Counted from the whole stretch's first letter, positions 37,776 to 50,649 are shown. The stretch is 63,826 bases of DNA, filler included, from Neoconidiobolus thromboides FSU 785 (GCA_025603075.1; 11 parts of 11 records of this genome joined end to end with filler, not necessarily neighbours in it), one strand, 5' to 3'. The notes: generated from the letters alone by a model not told the origin. Program-made: numbers and translations.

Positions 37776-39082
37776 TACTAATTAATTAATTACTCTACTA
37801 CATTACCTTTTTCTTTTGAAACATACCAATTAGTATTAACTTTAAATTCTAAAATTGATACAATTTGAATATAATGACCATTACCATGATGAGCTAAACA
37901 AGCCAATTGAGTAATAAATAATTGAAATTGAATTAAGTTTTTGAAATTGATAATTGATAACATAGCAATATATTTAGACAACATCAAATTAATTAACTCA
38001 TTTCTCTTATCCCAACAATTTTCCACTTGTTTCTTAATTTTATAATTCATTTTTTCTTTGGAGGGGTTTAATTCTTTATTGTTATTCTCTTGTAATTTAT
38101 TTTCAATTTCAAAATAATCTTCTTCTTCAAATGATTTAATATCATTATTTGATGTTGTTGTTATATTATGATTTTCAATTTCTTTAATATTATCAATAAG
38201 TTCTTTCTCAATTTCAATCAATATATTATATAGCCTTATACTATTTTCATTCTGTAATTTATCTTTATCTTTATTTTCACCATTATTTATGTTACTAATA
38301 AATCAAGTTAATAAATTAATATGACACTATTATATATTATTATATATTATTATATATTATTATTATATATTATTATTATATATTATTATTATATATTATT
38401 ATTATATATTATTATTATATATTATTATTATATATTATTATTAATTACTTACTTAATATTGTTATTTAATAATTCTAATTGAATAAACCAATTTAATGCT
38501 TTTTTAATTTGTAAATCCAATTGAAAATAAATATTAATAAATTGATTCCAATGATATAAAAATTGAGTATAATATTGATAAAATTGATAATAATACTATT
38601 AAATAAAAAATAATTATTAACTATTAATTCCGTTATTTAATGTGTTTTAACTAAATAAAATATAATAAAATAAAATAAAATAGTTTCAACTTACCATTAT
38701 AATACTAAGTAATAAAATTAACATAAGTAAACCTATCTTTGGAAAATAACTTGTAATTAATAAACTTAATATTATTACAACATACATTTCTTTTGGTAAA
38801 AATTGATAAAATTGATGACTAGTAATACTATCAATTATAATTTCATTATCTAGATTTAATTTATATTTCCATAAATCCCGTCCTTCTTTATTCCATTTAA
38901 TACTTTCACATTGTTTTATTATATTTTGAAGTTTATTATATTCTAGTTTTTTTATTGGGATTAATAAGAAAGTTTCAAACTAAGTATAAATAAATAATTA
39001 ATTAATTTATTAAATAGTTTAATAAATGATTACTTACTTTATTAATTATAGTAGACATTATCGATTGATTTATTTGTTTCAT
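37082..39082 (-). CDS. Hypothetical membrane protein with two hydrophobic segments then coiled-coil; possibly vezatin-like
   Basis: Multi-exon; VVIILSLLITSYFPKIGLLMLILLLSIIM hydrophobic stretch, then LDLQIKKALNWFIQLEL; C-terminal K/E-rich exons. Confidence 0.45.
38330..38445. repeat. Intronic AT-only minisatellite (tatattattatta-like units)
   Basis: Visible tandem units of about 10-13 bp. Confidence 0.85.
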
Positions 39083-39272
39083 TCTAATAAAAAAATAGTT
39101 AAAATTTGCACTCGTTTTTTCAATCTTTAAATACTATTTTTAGCTTACAAATTTCTCCAGAATTTTGAATTTCAACCAATGATTATTGATCCATATTCAA
39201 ACAAACAATGTGGCTTAAATTTGCATTTATTTTTTCAAACAAACATTAACAATCAAAAAAACAAAGATAATA

Positions 39273-40331
39273 ATGGGTGTCATCAATATTAATAGTGAAA
39301 ATGAATATCGACGCTATTTAACAACTAGTGGTCAAAAATTAGTAAATTGATCATTATTAAATTAAAATCAATATTTATTAACTTTTATTTAGCTAGTTGT
39401 TGATTTCTTTGCAACATGGTAAGTATTAATTCATTTAATCAATATCAATCAAAAATCAAGATAATTTATTAACTATAAACAAATTGTAAATATTAATTTT
39501 GAATTGGAATTATTTAGGTGTGGACCCTGTCAAGCTATTGCTTCACCCTATGAAAATCTTAGCAAAAAATATGCTAATGGAGCTTACTTTCTAAAAGTAG
39601 ATGTGGATGCTTTATCTTCCATAGCCCAATCTGAGGGTGTATCATCAATGCCAACATTTAAAGTAAGTAATTAAGTAATTAAGTAATTATATAAATTATA
39701 GTTGATCATTAGAACTCAATTAAATGATATTAATTATTATTACTATTTAGATTTACAAAAATCAAAGTTTATTAGGAACGGTTCAAGGTGCTAATATCAT
39801 GGAAGTAGAAGCTATCATTATGAGACACTATAAAGATGTATCTACCTTTAGTGGTTCTGGTAATAAATTAGGTACTGAATCCACAACCACAGCTGAAACT
39901 TCATATGGTGTAACTAATTTCATTTATTCTTTATTTGGAGGAAGTAACAGTAGTACTGGTAATGAAGATAAAGTAAAAGAAGAAATAGAAGAAGAAGAAC
40001 CTTTGATGGAAGAAGAGAGTTTTGAGGTAAAAGAATGTTTGTTTCAAATTCGATTATGGGATCGTAGTGTTGTTAATGAAAAATTTATGTCAAATGATAA
40101 ATTAAAAAATGTCCTTGAGTTTGTTAAAGGATTAAAAGGGGCGCCGGAAAATTTTTATTTAACTACATTGATGCCTAGAAGGTAAAAATTGACCTTTTTA
40201 TTTTATTTGATGTGGAAGATACTAATATTGATCTTTATTATAGAGTATTTCAATCTAAAGATTTGAATTCTTCTTTACATAAATTAAATTTAACTGGTAA
40301 AGTTCAATTGGTAGTCAGTTTAAATCCCTAA
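39273..40331 (+). CDS. Thioredoxin (WCGPC) - SHP box - UBX domain fusion protein, 5 exons
   Basis: [13 protein letters not shown]...FLKVDVD...SMPTFK/IYKN..GAN; FSGSGNKLG; [33 protein letters not shown]. Confidence 0.82.
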
Positions 40332-40431
40332 ATTTAATAAAATAAAAAATAAAAAAATTTGATTTTATTATTATCAAAAATTTATAAAAAAAAATTTATG
40401 AATAGATTAATAACTATTTTATATCATTGAT

Positions 40432-42313
40432 CTATTTCTTTTCCTATAATAGCAATAATAATAATAAAACAATATTAATATTAAACCTCTAATAAAACTA
40501 AACTATATTAAATTTACCTTAGGAGCAGCTTTAACGTAAGGAATAAAATCTCTACCACCCATATAAGGGATAAGGGGTTCTGGAATACGTAAACCCTAAA
40601 ATTAAATTAATAAATTAAGAGATTATTAAATTTATCATAATCTTTAAACTTACTTCTTCTGTTTGATAATTTTCTAAAATACAACAAATAGTACGTTCAG
40701 TAGCAGTTAAAGTTGAATTTAAACAATGGACATATTTCTTTTCTCTATCTCCCATCTAATAAAAAAGCAAAAATTAATACATAATCTTATTAATTCCCTC
40801 CATTGTCTATCTCTGAAATATCGATTTTTGATCTTCTCACTTCCACCTCAATTCTCTCAATATTTACCTTTTTAGTACCACAACGAATTTCTAAATGACG
40901 AGATTGATAATCAGTACAGTTAGAGCAAGAAACCAATTCTTTATAAGCTTGTTGATAAGGAAACCAAGCTTCTAAATCATATTTTTTAGCAGCTGCATTA
41001 TTTAAAGCACCAGAAACAATAGAAACAACACGGTAAGATAAACCCAAAGATTGGTAAAATTCTTCTGAAGTATTGATCATCTCATCAAATAATTCCCATG
41101 ATTTTTCAGGATGAGCAAGTACAAATTGTTCAATTTTTTCGAATTGATGAACTCTAAAAATACCCCATGTATCTTTGCCATGGGATCCGGCTTCTTTACG
41201 GAAACATGTGGAAAAACCAGCATATCTAAAAAAATTATTTATTAATAATCCTTTTTTTTCTTTTTTTCACTATAACTTACTTAATAGGTAAATCCTGCTC
41301 TGGACGATCAAACCATTCATTAGCATGATAAGCAGAGATAGGTTGTTCACTAGTAGCAATCAAATACTTATCGTCGCCATCCCCGGAAACTTTATATAAT
41401 TCTTCATCGAATTGGGATAATTGAGCAGTACGAGCCATCACATCTTTACGCATAAAATATGGAGTTTGTAATTTTTTGTAGTTTTTAGTACGTAAGAAAT
41501 TAAGACCATAGGTGATTAAGGCTAAGTTTAAATCAACCCCATCATTAGTGAGGAAATATCCACGATGTCCAGCTACATTAGTACCTAGAAGAGGGATTAA
41601 AAAGATAGTTTTATAGTCAATTAAATAAGTTTACCTCTTTCTGGATCATAACCATCGATACGATGTAAAACTGCATAATGTGGTAAAGTGGACTCTTTTT
41701 TATCTTTGTTAAAATTTTCAGGTTCCCAAGTACGAACAATTTCATTGAAATCCTATTAGAAATCAGATTATATTAACTTTTATTCTCATTAAAAAAAACT
41801 TAAAATCACTTACTTCGTTATCATTAATTGGTACAGAGTCATGAACAATATTACCAATAAGACCTAACTTAGCTTTCCATTCTAACTCTCTTTCTTTTTC
41901 TTCAGTAATTAAGGACTCTTTTTCAGCACTTACTTTGTTCTTCTTTTCGATCAAATCATCAGCATTTTCTTTATTCTAATATTAATAAAAAATAATAAAT
42001 ACTAATAAAAAAAATAATAATTTTCAACTTTACCTTTTTCTTCAAACCAATTTCTTTTTGGATTGAGTTAATTTCCTTATTTAAATTATCCAAATTAAAA
42101 CGAGCTGTTAAAAAAAACATCAGTCAACCCATCCTTGCATCAATTGATAAATATAAAATATTAATTTTTCTGTTACTTACTTTTTGTCCAATTTTCATAG
42201 AGAGAAATTACTTGATCAACTAATTCAACTGGATCGCCACGACGACGTTGACTTTCTCTAACTAATTCAGGGTTACCTCCCTTTTCTGCTAATAATAAGG
42301 TAATATCAATCAT
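40432..42313 (-). CDS. SES1: Cytoplasmic seryl-tRNA synthetase, multi-exon
   Basis: [110 protein letters not shown]. Confidence 0.97.
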
Positions 42314-45300
42314 CCTTGCTTTTGTTTGCGTTTACTCTTAATAAAAAGAATCCCATTTTTTAATTAGTGTTTTGGACCAGTTTTGTGCTTAAAAAAATTG
42401 ACCTTTTGCAATAATTTGAATGGAAATGAAAAAGCTTTGCATAAATTGAGTTGAATGACAAGCTTTGAAGATTGATACTGATGTTGAGATAGTTGGTTTA
42501 AATAAGTTATTTGAGAGTTAAATAATTGCTACATTATGAGATTTTAGTTATATTATTAATATTTATTTAAATTCTCTAAATATCATTATTATTTTTGAGT
42601 TTATTATTTTTATTCACTTTTTAGATAAAATATTTTTAATCTATTATGGCTATATGGTAAACTTCTAAATGAAAGTTACAATAGCTTTAGAGTCCTTAAT
42701 TCCAATCGTATACTAGCTAATAAGTCGAAATAAAGTGAGGCGAGCCAAGCCCAATGTATAGTCAACAGTAATGGAAATTTCCAAAGTCTTTGTAAGTAAA
42801 TATAAGATAAAATCAACACATTGAATCAACCTAACTAATTAAATAGCCTCTAAAAGGTATAGTTTATTTCAGAAAAAAATTCAGTGAAAAGAGGTCTAGA
42901 AAAAAAGGCATAATCATTTATATGCTTTCTACAATTACAAAATCCTTAATTTGCTACATTTTATGTTCCTATTTGATATATACATCATCAAAGTTAGTGA
43001 TAGCTTTGACACTGGTCTTCTTTTTATCACTTTCCGAAATGCATTCGATATCAATTAGATCCTGTTCAATTACAGGATCTAATTTCGATAAGTAAACTGT
43101 TTGATTAGTAGATCTTGACACCATATCAACAAAACAAATTGGATATAAATTAAAGTATTTTCAACAATATTTAATAGCAATAATAAATAAATGTATAATA
43201 TTGTAATAAAAAATAAAGGATTATTACTAAATCTAGAATAATTTGCATTAAAACTTGAAATATTTTGTTCACTTCTATTTCCAACTGTCAGTGAAGCTAT
43301 TTGAACTCGATTTGTTTACATTTTCTCATGATATAGTCCTTACAACTTGATAATATTGTATTTGAACTATTAATAGTCTTAATATAGTTAATACATCAAA
43401 TAACATGAATTTTTGTAGCTTACGATTTTTTTAGATCCAAATGGCTGTTATATTTGAGCTTATGTAATGAAAACAACAAAGAAATTTCATCAATCATTTA
43501 ATAATAGCTTTATGATCTAGTATCCTAAATATAGCTTTAACAATAAGCTTTAGTTCTGATATTAGTAGTCTGTGGAGGTGTAGTAGCGGTAGAAGTATAA
43601 GACCTAATAGGACAATTGGTTGCTTTTTTAAACTCACATTTGATCGATTTTACAACTATAATTCAAATAGAGAGAACAATTCTTGGTATATAAGAGCCAT
43701 AATTGCCATAGTTGTTTGAAAAAGTTACATTGAATATAGAAGATAGGAATGTAAATAAATTGAGCAAAAAGAATTTTGTTGTTGCTATTTTTTGTATAAT
43801 AGTTATTAGAGTTTAATTCATATGAAAATAAAACTCAACTAAAACTTCTACTTACATATATTGAAATTTCTGTAGCTACATCAAATTTATTAATATTTAT
43901 AAGATTGAGTATGTAATAAATTAGTTTTGATTTACTTAAGTTAATTCTTTTATGTTTCTGTATTTTTGTTTTTCAATTTATTGCTATTCTTACTTAAATA
44001 TCACCATCCAATTAGTTAACTCATAATTGTAAGATAGTACTTAAATCAGAATATTAATATAGCAGCTTCGCTTTTTTTGACTTTTTTAATTAGTGTCATA
44101 GATGGACTGGATTAACTTTGACTAAATAATTAAAATCTAAATATTAGCAATTATCGAATTTATTTAGCTTAATAAGCTTTTAATTTAAAATCAATATGGT
44201 TTCGAAAATTACCTTAAATGGGTTTAATGGCAATTTGAATGCTTATTTTTAACACTACCATTTTAAAAAGTTATAAAGATAGCCTTTTTATTAAAACATA
44301 AGCCTGTTTAATCATATTCAATGTATTATCCTGGTGATAATATCTATCCAAAACACGTATATGAAATTAGTTCGACATTATAAAGTAAATAAAAGCAATA
44401 ACCAAGTTATAAACATAAACTTAATTTGATTATTAAATGAAACTGAAGTTTTTGTCTGTCATTATATTACATATTACATATCACCTCTAGTCTTGCCCAA
44501 AGTTACGAATACAAAAAATCTTCTAAACTTTTTACTAAAGTGGGTACTAAAGCCATAGTTACCATGTGACTAGAGCGATTCAAGACTCTTATCCCACAGT
44601 TACTTATTAAAACTTAGTGGTAAGTTTGATAAAATCTGATTTCCTAAGTTTATTTTTAATGTGATTTATATTAAAGTGATTGTAATCATCGTATGATAAA
44701 TTTTTTGTAATGCTCAACAAATTAAAATATGTCAGAAAAATTAATTGTTATTTAAGATCTTATACACTAACTGCCAAAATTATCTAAACATGTAGCTTAA
44801 TACCTGGATTCAGTTTAAATCTACTCAAGCCATCTTAGTACAATTTGAAAATGATTCTTTATTTTATATTCCTATATTACATTATTCAACTTCACTTTAA
44901 CTTCAGTAATCTATTCCTTCTTTAATGGCATTTTAAAAGGAGGAATTGACTTCAATTAAGTGTTATTTTTAGAAAATGGAGCGAAGGACAACTATTTGAT
45001 TAATCTCCCTCATCCAGAGTATTTATCATTGGGTGGATATCCTTATAGGCCTGAAAAGTTATGCATGTGGTACTGGGTTTGACTAAAAAATCATAAAGCT
45101 TTTATGCATATCTTTATCAACCAATTGAGGTAATGAAACTTTAGATGATATTTTTTGTAGTCATCTAAAGCATTGTACAAGTCAGGTAGTTTTTATAACA
45201 ACAATATGCATTTATTTGTGATTTTTTATAATATAAAGAGTATAAATCCATATTTAAAGGCTAATAGGTAGGAGACGGTACACCTGATTTTGTATAATAG

Positions 45301-45816
45301 AAATGTTTGCTTGCTATTTGTTTGATATTAGAGATACTTTTAAGTGAGATGATGATCAAATCATTAGATCATTAAATCTCCAAAGGTATAATTAAAAAAC
45401 TTCATCTAAGACGTTTGTATAGTAAAGAGTACGTGAAAAGACAAGGAAGCGAAAAAGGTTTTGATGTTGAATCTGTTTTATATTATTTACTTAAGGGGTT
45501 ATGATAAATCTGTCAAACCAGAGGAAGAGTAATTGGAGTATATTTTCCTTAATAAAAGTTTCTTTTTGAAACTGATAAAGAAGTTATTTGTCTTGATTTT
45601 AGGTGGGTTTAAAGAATCGAAGCTTGTGAAATAACAGTTGATATTATGGTGAATACCTTTTTAAATTTTAAGCACTAAAAATAAAATCTTAAAAACTTTA
45701 TAAAAACATAACTAGAACTATACAATACTTAAACAAAATAAGCAAAAAAGATTTAAAATTTTTCATACACTAAATAATTTATTTTCAATTCTGTCCTCTT
45801 ACCAATAGCTCTACTA

Positions 45817-46084
45817 TTAATAGTAAACGTTACCGTAACCATTACCATAACCATAAGTAGGTCTTGGTCTAGTAGTGTAGTATGGTCTAGTAGTGGTAGT
45901 TCTAGTAGTATAGTAAGGGGTAGTAGATGTCTTGGTGGTGGTGCTGGTTCCAGTAGTGGACGTTTGAGTAGAAGTTCCAGTAGTGCTAGTTTCAGTAGAG
46001 GTTGCAGTTGTAGAGGTCTCAGTTGATGTGCCAGTAGTGGAGGTTTCGGTGGAAGTTCCAGTAGTAGATGTTTCGGTGGAAGTT
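45817..46084 (-). CDS. 3' end of a second Thr-rich mucin-like protein (5' part in gap)
   Basis: (TSTETSTTG)n then RPYYTTRPRPTYGYGNGYGNVYY*, the same tail as the 27019-28895 gene. Confidence 0.8.
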
Positions 46085-46184
46085 NNNNNNNNNNNNNNNN
46101 NNNNNNNNNNNNNNNNNNNNNNNNNNNNTTAATTAATTAANNNNNNNNNNNNNNNNNNNNNNNNNNNNNNNNNNNNNNNNNNNN

Positions 46185-46789
46185 TCAAAGTCAAATTAAT
46201 TTTGTTAAATGTAAAGAAGAATGTGATTATCTTCGTGCTGTAATTTATGAAGGTTTAAGAATGTATCCTGTTGTACCTGATGGTCTACCACGAATTATTC
46301 CAAGAGGTGGTAAAGTGATTGAAGGCTATTCTATCTCTGAAAAGGTGTTTTTTATGTAGAAATGGAACAGCATAAAAAAGTTCTTATACTTTTAATAGAG
46401 ATTGTTGTTACAATTGATGTAAATTATCTTCAAGATGATCCAAATTATTGGGAAGAGCCTAATATATTTAAGCCAGAGCGATGGATTGATCAAAATGGCA
46501 AGTTTCAAAGTCATAAAAACTTTATGCCCTTTTTAATTGGCCCGAGAGCATGCTTAGGCAGAAATTAATCTTATATCCTGTTTTTATTGTTTAATATTAA
46601 TTCTAATGTTTTATGTTCATAATCCATCCTGGATGGAACTTCATTTGGCTACTACGCCATTATTATATGACCTTAATTTTACTTTAAAGCATGAATAGGA
46701 TGTAAAATCCAAACTATATCTCGTTAAAACACCAGAGGAAGCAGTTAATATTTATGCTTCCAGAAATGAGCGAATAAAGTTATATTGAT
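46185..46789 (+). pseudogene. Cytochrome P450 C-terminal part, probably pseudogenised
   Basis: EGLR (ExxR), FKPERW, FLIGPRACLG heme motif; last intron lacks canonical GT/AG and the last exon has an in-frame TAG near 46696. Confidence 0.75.
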
Positions 46790-46827
46790 AAATTTCGTAT
46801 TTTGTTTCGAATTTTGTTATAATATGT

Positions 46828-46926
46828 GGAGATGCATTCTTGTGTTTAAGAATTTTGCCAACAATTTTTCCGCTCAAATAGTGCTTGGAAGATAGAAAAA
46901 GTAACAAAGTCAAAAAAGATATCTCT
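46828..46926 (-). mobile_element. MITE family 1 copy, degenerate
   Basis: ggagatgc...ccgctcaaatagtgcttg...gatatctct. Confidence 0.8.
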
Positions 46927-47463
46927 ATACATTGATAGATAGGATTAACGAGTAAAGGAGATTTTTAAATACAAGTAGTTTGACCAAGATAGTGGCTATT
47001 AGTAAAAACAATACCGATATTAAATTAAACTAAAATAATATAGGGAGATAACAATATAAAACTAGTGTAGTTCTGCTTATTGACATTTGTATTTATCGGC
47101 ATTTTTTGGACTTTTGCAAAAAATAGTAATTTTTTGATAAATATCGAAATCAAAGATATGATAAATAATTAAACAGTTATAAAACCATAATATATATATA
47201 TATATATGGTAGAATACTTGAAATGATATGAAAAACTTTTATCTTAACTTAAAAATTATTCAAATTAAATTAAATTAAATTAAATTAAACTACTAAACCT
47301 TTTGATAAAAATTTTAAGTTATTTTTTAGAATACCTTGAACAAGATCAAACATCCCCTTTTTGGTTGATTTTCAATTTTAAACTACTTGCTAAGCTACAT
47401 CAAAATTAGTATAGATTGATATTAACAAAAACATGAAAAACTAAATTTAAATAAATAGCATAA

Positions 47464-47560
47464 GGGAATGTTTTTTTGGCTTCATTACTTTTTCCATCTT
47501 TTAAGCGCTATTTGAGTGGAAAATTGTTAGTAAAACTCTTAAATATAAAAATACATCCTC
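47464..47560 (+). mobile_element. MITE family 1 copy, TSD ATAA
   Basis: ataa|gggaatg...catcctc|ataa. Confidence 0.9.
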
Positions 47561-48455
47561 ATAAACTAATTAAGTTAAAAAACAAAAATACAATTGTGCC
47601 AATTTTGTAAAATAGATTACGAAGTGTATTAGTTATGCTACCAGTTTTCATTTTTTAATTATGTCATCATATTTTGAAACTAATTATCTTATTTTAGATA
47701 CTCTGTAGTTTAGTTATTTTTTAAGTATTTCATCTCTATATATAGCCCTTATTTTTATATTCATGATTAATTTGCCTTTTTTGGAAAATTTATTAGTTCA
47801 ACTCATTTATGATTCATTATTTTTACAATAAATCAAAATCGGGAAAAAGTTGAGCCTAGGGTTTGAATTAACCCATGCATCAAAAAATTGACTAAATAGT
47901 TCTTTAATCTCCCAATAGTTACTATAAGTAATATAAAAATAATTTCGAAGTGAACAAAGAATGATGAAGGAAGATGAGTTCCATTAGCGTTAATTTTTTC
48001 ATATACATGTTTATGAGAAAAGGATAGGATTGGGTTTATTCGTATAAAAAACGAACAAAAATCAAGCAAGGCGAATCATTCAAGCATTAAATAACTGTCA
48101 AGGAGCCTTCATATTTAAAAGCCTAAAGGCCAAAAAAGCACTTAATTATAATTCCTTGACAACTTGAGTGTGACCTTTAGAGTGAAGTCACTTTACCTTT
48201 CTCATAGAGAATAGCCTTATATCTTACGTATCATAGTTTCAGTTCTATACCGTGATTAGCGCCTTGCGTGCTCTTCGGGATTCCTTATGGCTGCTAAAAT
48301 AACACTTGTAATAACAACAGTAAACTCCATATCTTGATAGCATTCTGAAGGCGCTATTTTTTTCCATTAATTTTTATTATTGAAACCCTTGCTATTTTCA
48401 AGGAAAGTTGATATTATAGAAACCACTTATTATTAAAGAAAATAATATAACATAT

Positions 48456-48547
48456 GGGGATTTATTTTTTTATTTAGGAATTTCACTAACGATTACTCTA
48501 CTCAATGCTTAAAAAATAGAAAAAGCGATGAAACCAAAAACATTCTC
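48456..48547 (-). mobile_element. MITE family 1 copy with internal deletion, TSD ATAT
   Basis: atat|ggggatt...cattctc|atat. Confidence 0.8.
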
Positions 48548-49263
48548 ATATAGCTAACTAATATTCTGACTTTTATTTTTTAGTTATCTCAAAAGGCATA
48601 ATACTTAAATGTTTTATTTTTTATGAAAAACTAATAATGACGCAAATTAGTCAATTTTAAGACCAAACGTAATCAATGAAACTTTTCAAAAAGAGTTAAA
48701 TTTGAACTACCCCATCTTTAAAATTGATTATCTCAGCTGAATGCACTTATGCTGAAATTCAGGAACTTTACAATAATTTGTCTATAAAGATGAGTATCGG
48801 CATATTTTATTTAATACAGTTCCCGTACTTTTAAAACATTTCTGGGTAAAAATTCCCGCATTATGAATTAGGATGAAAGTATTGATAAATGCTTTTTTCC
48901 TACATTTGTAAGCTTTGATATTAAAATTCTACTTAAAAATTTTCAGTTCAAATACACTAGAGGTATAAGTAGCCCTTAGCTTGAATTTTGGGCTTATTTC
49001 CTATAGTTGTTACTATTTAGTAGATTAAATAATGTGTAAAAAAATACAATCAAGTATCCATGTATGTAATTCAGCTTTAATTCTTTATTCCCTTTACCAT
49101 TAAATAAGAAATAAAAGTAATTGAAACTTTAACTTGAAAGCGTGATTATCAAAGAAAAGGATGTATATGTTCTAAAAAATATACCATGGAGATTTTTAAT
49201 CCGTATCCGAGATTTATAGTATAAATTAAAGACATTTCTAGTAAAAAGTATTAAAGAATTAAA

Positions 49264-50405
49264 ATGATTACTTTTACATTAATATTATGCTATGTTATAA
49301 TCGTTTTATTATCGTATTGGGTCTATAACCTAATATATAATATCTTCTTTAGTCCATTAAGGAAAGTCCCAGGCCCGTTGGTACACTTGATATTCCCAAT
49401 GTGCTATAGAGTTTATACCTTTGCTGGTACCTATCATTTGTATTCAAAAAAATTGCACCAAAAATATGGAAACGTTGTTCGAATAAGTAATTCAATATTT
49501 TATTGGTAACTTATTGTAACTGAATTTTATTAGGTTGGAATGTTATATCAATTGCATCTGATGAAGCAGCAAAAGAAGTATACTCAACTTATACTTATTC
49601 AAAATCAGCTTTTTATAATGGCCTCCATATTGCTGGTGAAACAATACTTAGTACTAGGTAAATATAAATTACTACTAGTTTAATAGTTTAACTAAGTTTA
49701 TATAGAAAAAAGGAGTTTCACCGTGAAAGAGTAATTATTCATAGATGAGTATTAATTAACCGCTAAAATTATATTAGAAAAAAATCCTTGCATCAAGTTT
49801 TTCAGATAAATCAATACTGGAAGTAGAGTATTTAGTAAAAGAAAATGTTAGCAATTTAGTTACAAAAGTAGGAGAGATGAGCTCAAATAACAAAGATTTT
49901 GATCTAGGGCTTTATTTTCATTATTTTTCATTTGTAATCTCATCATTGTCTATGTGTTTTGTGTTATTAATATGTTTGTTAGGATGTTATTGGTGATTTA
50001 GCATTCGGGAAATCATTTGATACATTAAAAAATGGACATCATCCTGTTATTGATTGGATCAAAGGCTTCTTCTATTTATCTCTTATGGTATGTCATTCAA
50101 TAATACTAATATTATTAATATTAATTATTTTCAAGGTTGGGATATTTCCCTTTTTAAAATATTATAAGTTTAATAGCATAACTCAACTTTATAAAGTAAA
50201 TAACTGATTAACTAATAATAACACCACTAATAAAATTTCAGTTTTCATATGAAGCTATTGAAAATGCAAAAAAAAGTTCGGATAGAACTACTATTTTGAA
50301 TACTTTACTTAATGCATCTGATCCAGATACAGGAAAGAAACTTAGTGAAAAAGAAATAGTAGAAGAATCAATCTTACAATTGTAAAAATAATAATACTAA
50401 TTACT
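49264..50405 (+). CDS. Cytochrome P450 N-terminal part, multi-exon, 3' end in gap
   Basis: TM anchor, FSPLRKVPGP, HQKYGNVVRI, FS(F)/DVIGDLAFGKSFDTL, LLNASDPDTGKKLSEKEIVEE. Confidence 0.88.
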
Positions 50406-50505
50406 NNNNNNNNNNNNNNNNNNNNNNNNNNNNNNNNNNNNNNNNNNNNTTAATTAATTAANNNNNNNNNNNNNNNNNNNNNNNNNNNNNNNNNNNNNNN
50501 NNNNN

Positions 50506-50649
50506 GAAAAGGAAACAATTAAAATAAGTTTTAAATAGAGACATTTAATTTTAGGCTTTTTAGATTTAACCGTTATATTGGACACAAACTTGAAATTTTA
50601 AATTTGGATTAATTTCTAAGTAAATTCTGAAACCAATTAGGACAGCCCC
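50506..50649 (+). repeat. Repeat family 2 copy (left side in gap)
   Basis: Homologous to 20082-20226, ends ggacagcccc|atat. Confidence 0.75.

Noticed and set aside
11425-42313. CCA1, tRNA-Lys and SerRS as a tRNA-metabolism cluster
   Set aside because: Spread over 30 kb with unrelated genes between them; nothing supports co-regulation.
48070-48350. GC-richer segment with short inverted repeats, a possible structured ncRNA
   Set aside because: No snRNA, snoRNA, SRP or RNase P/MRP motif recognised and the stems are short; an Rfam/Infernal scan would be needed.
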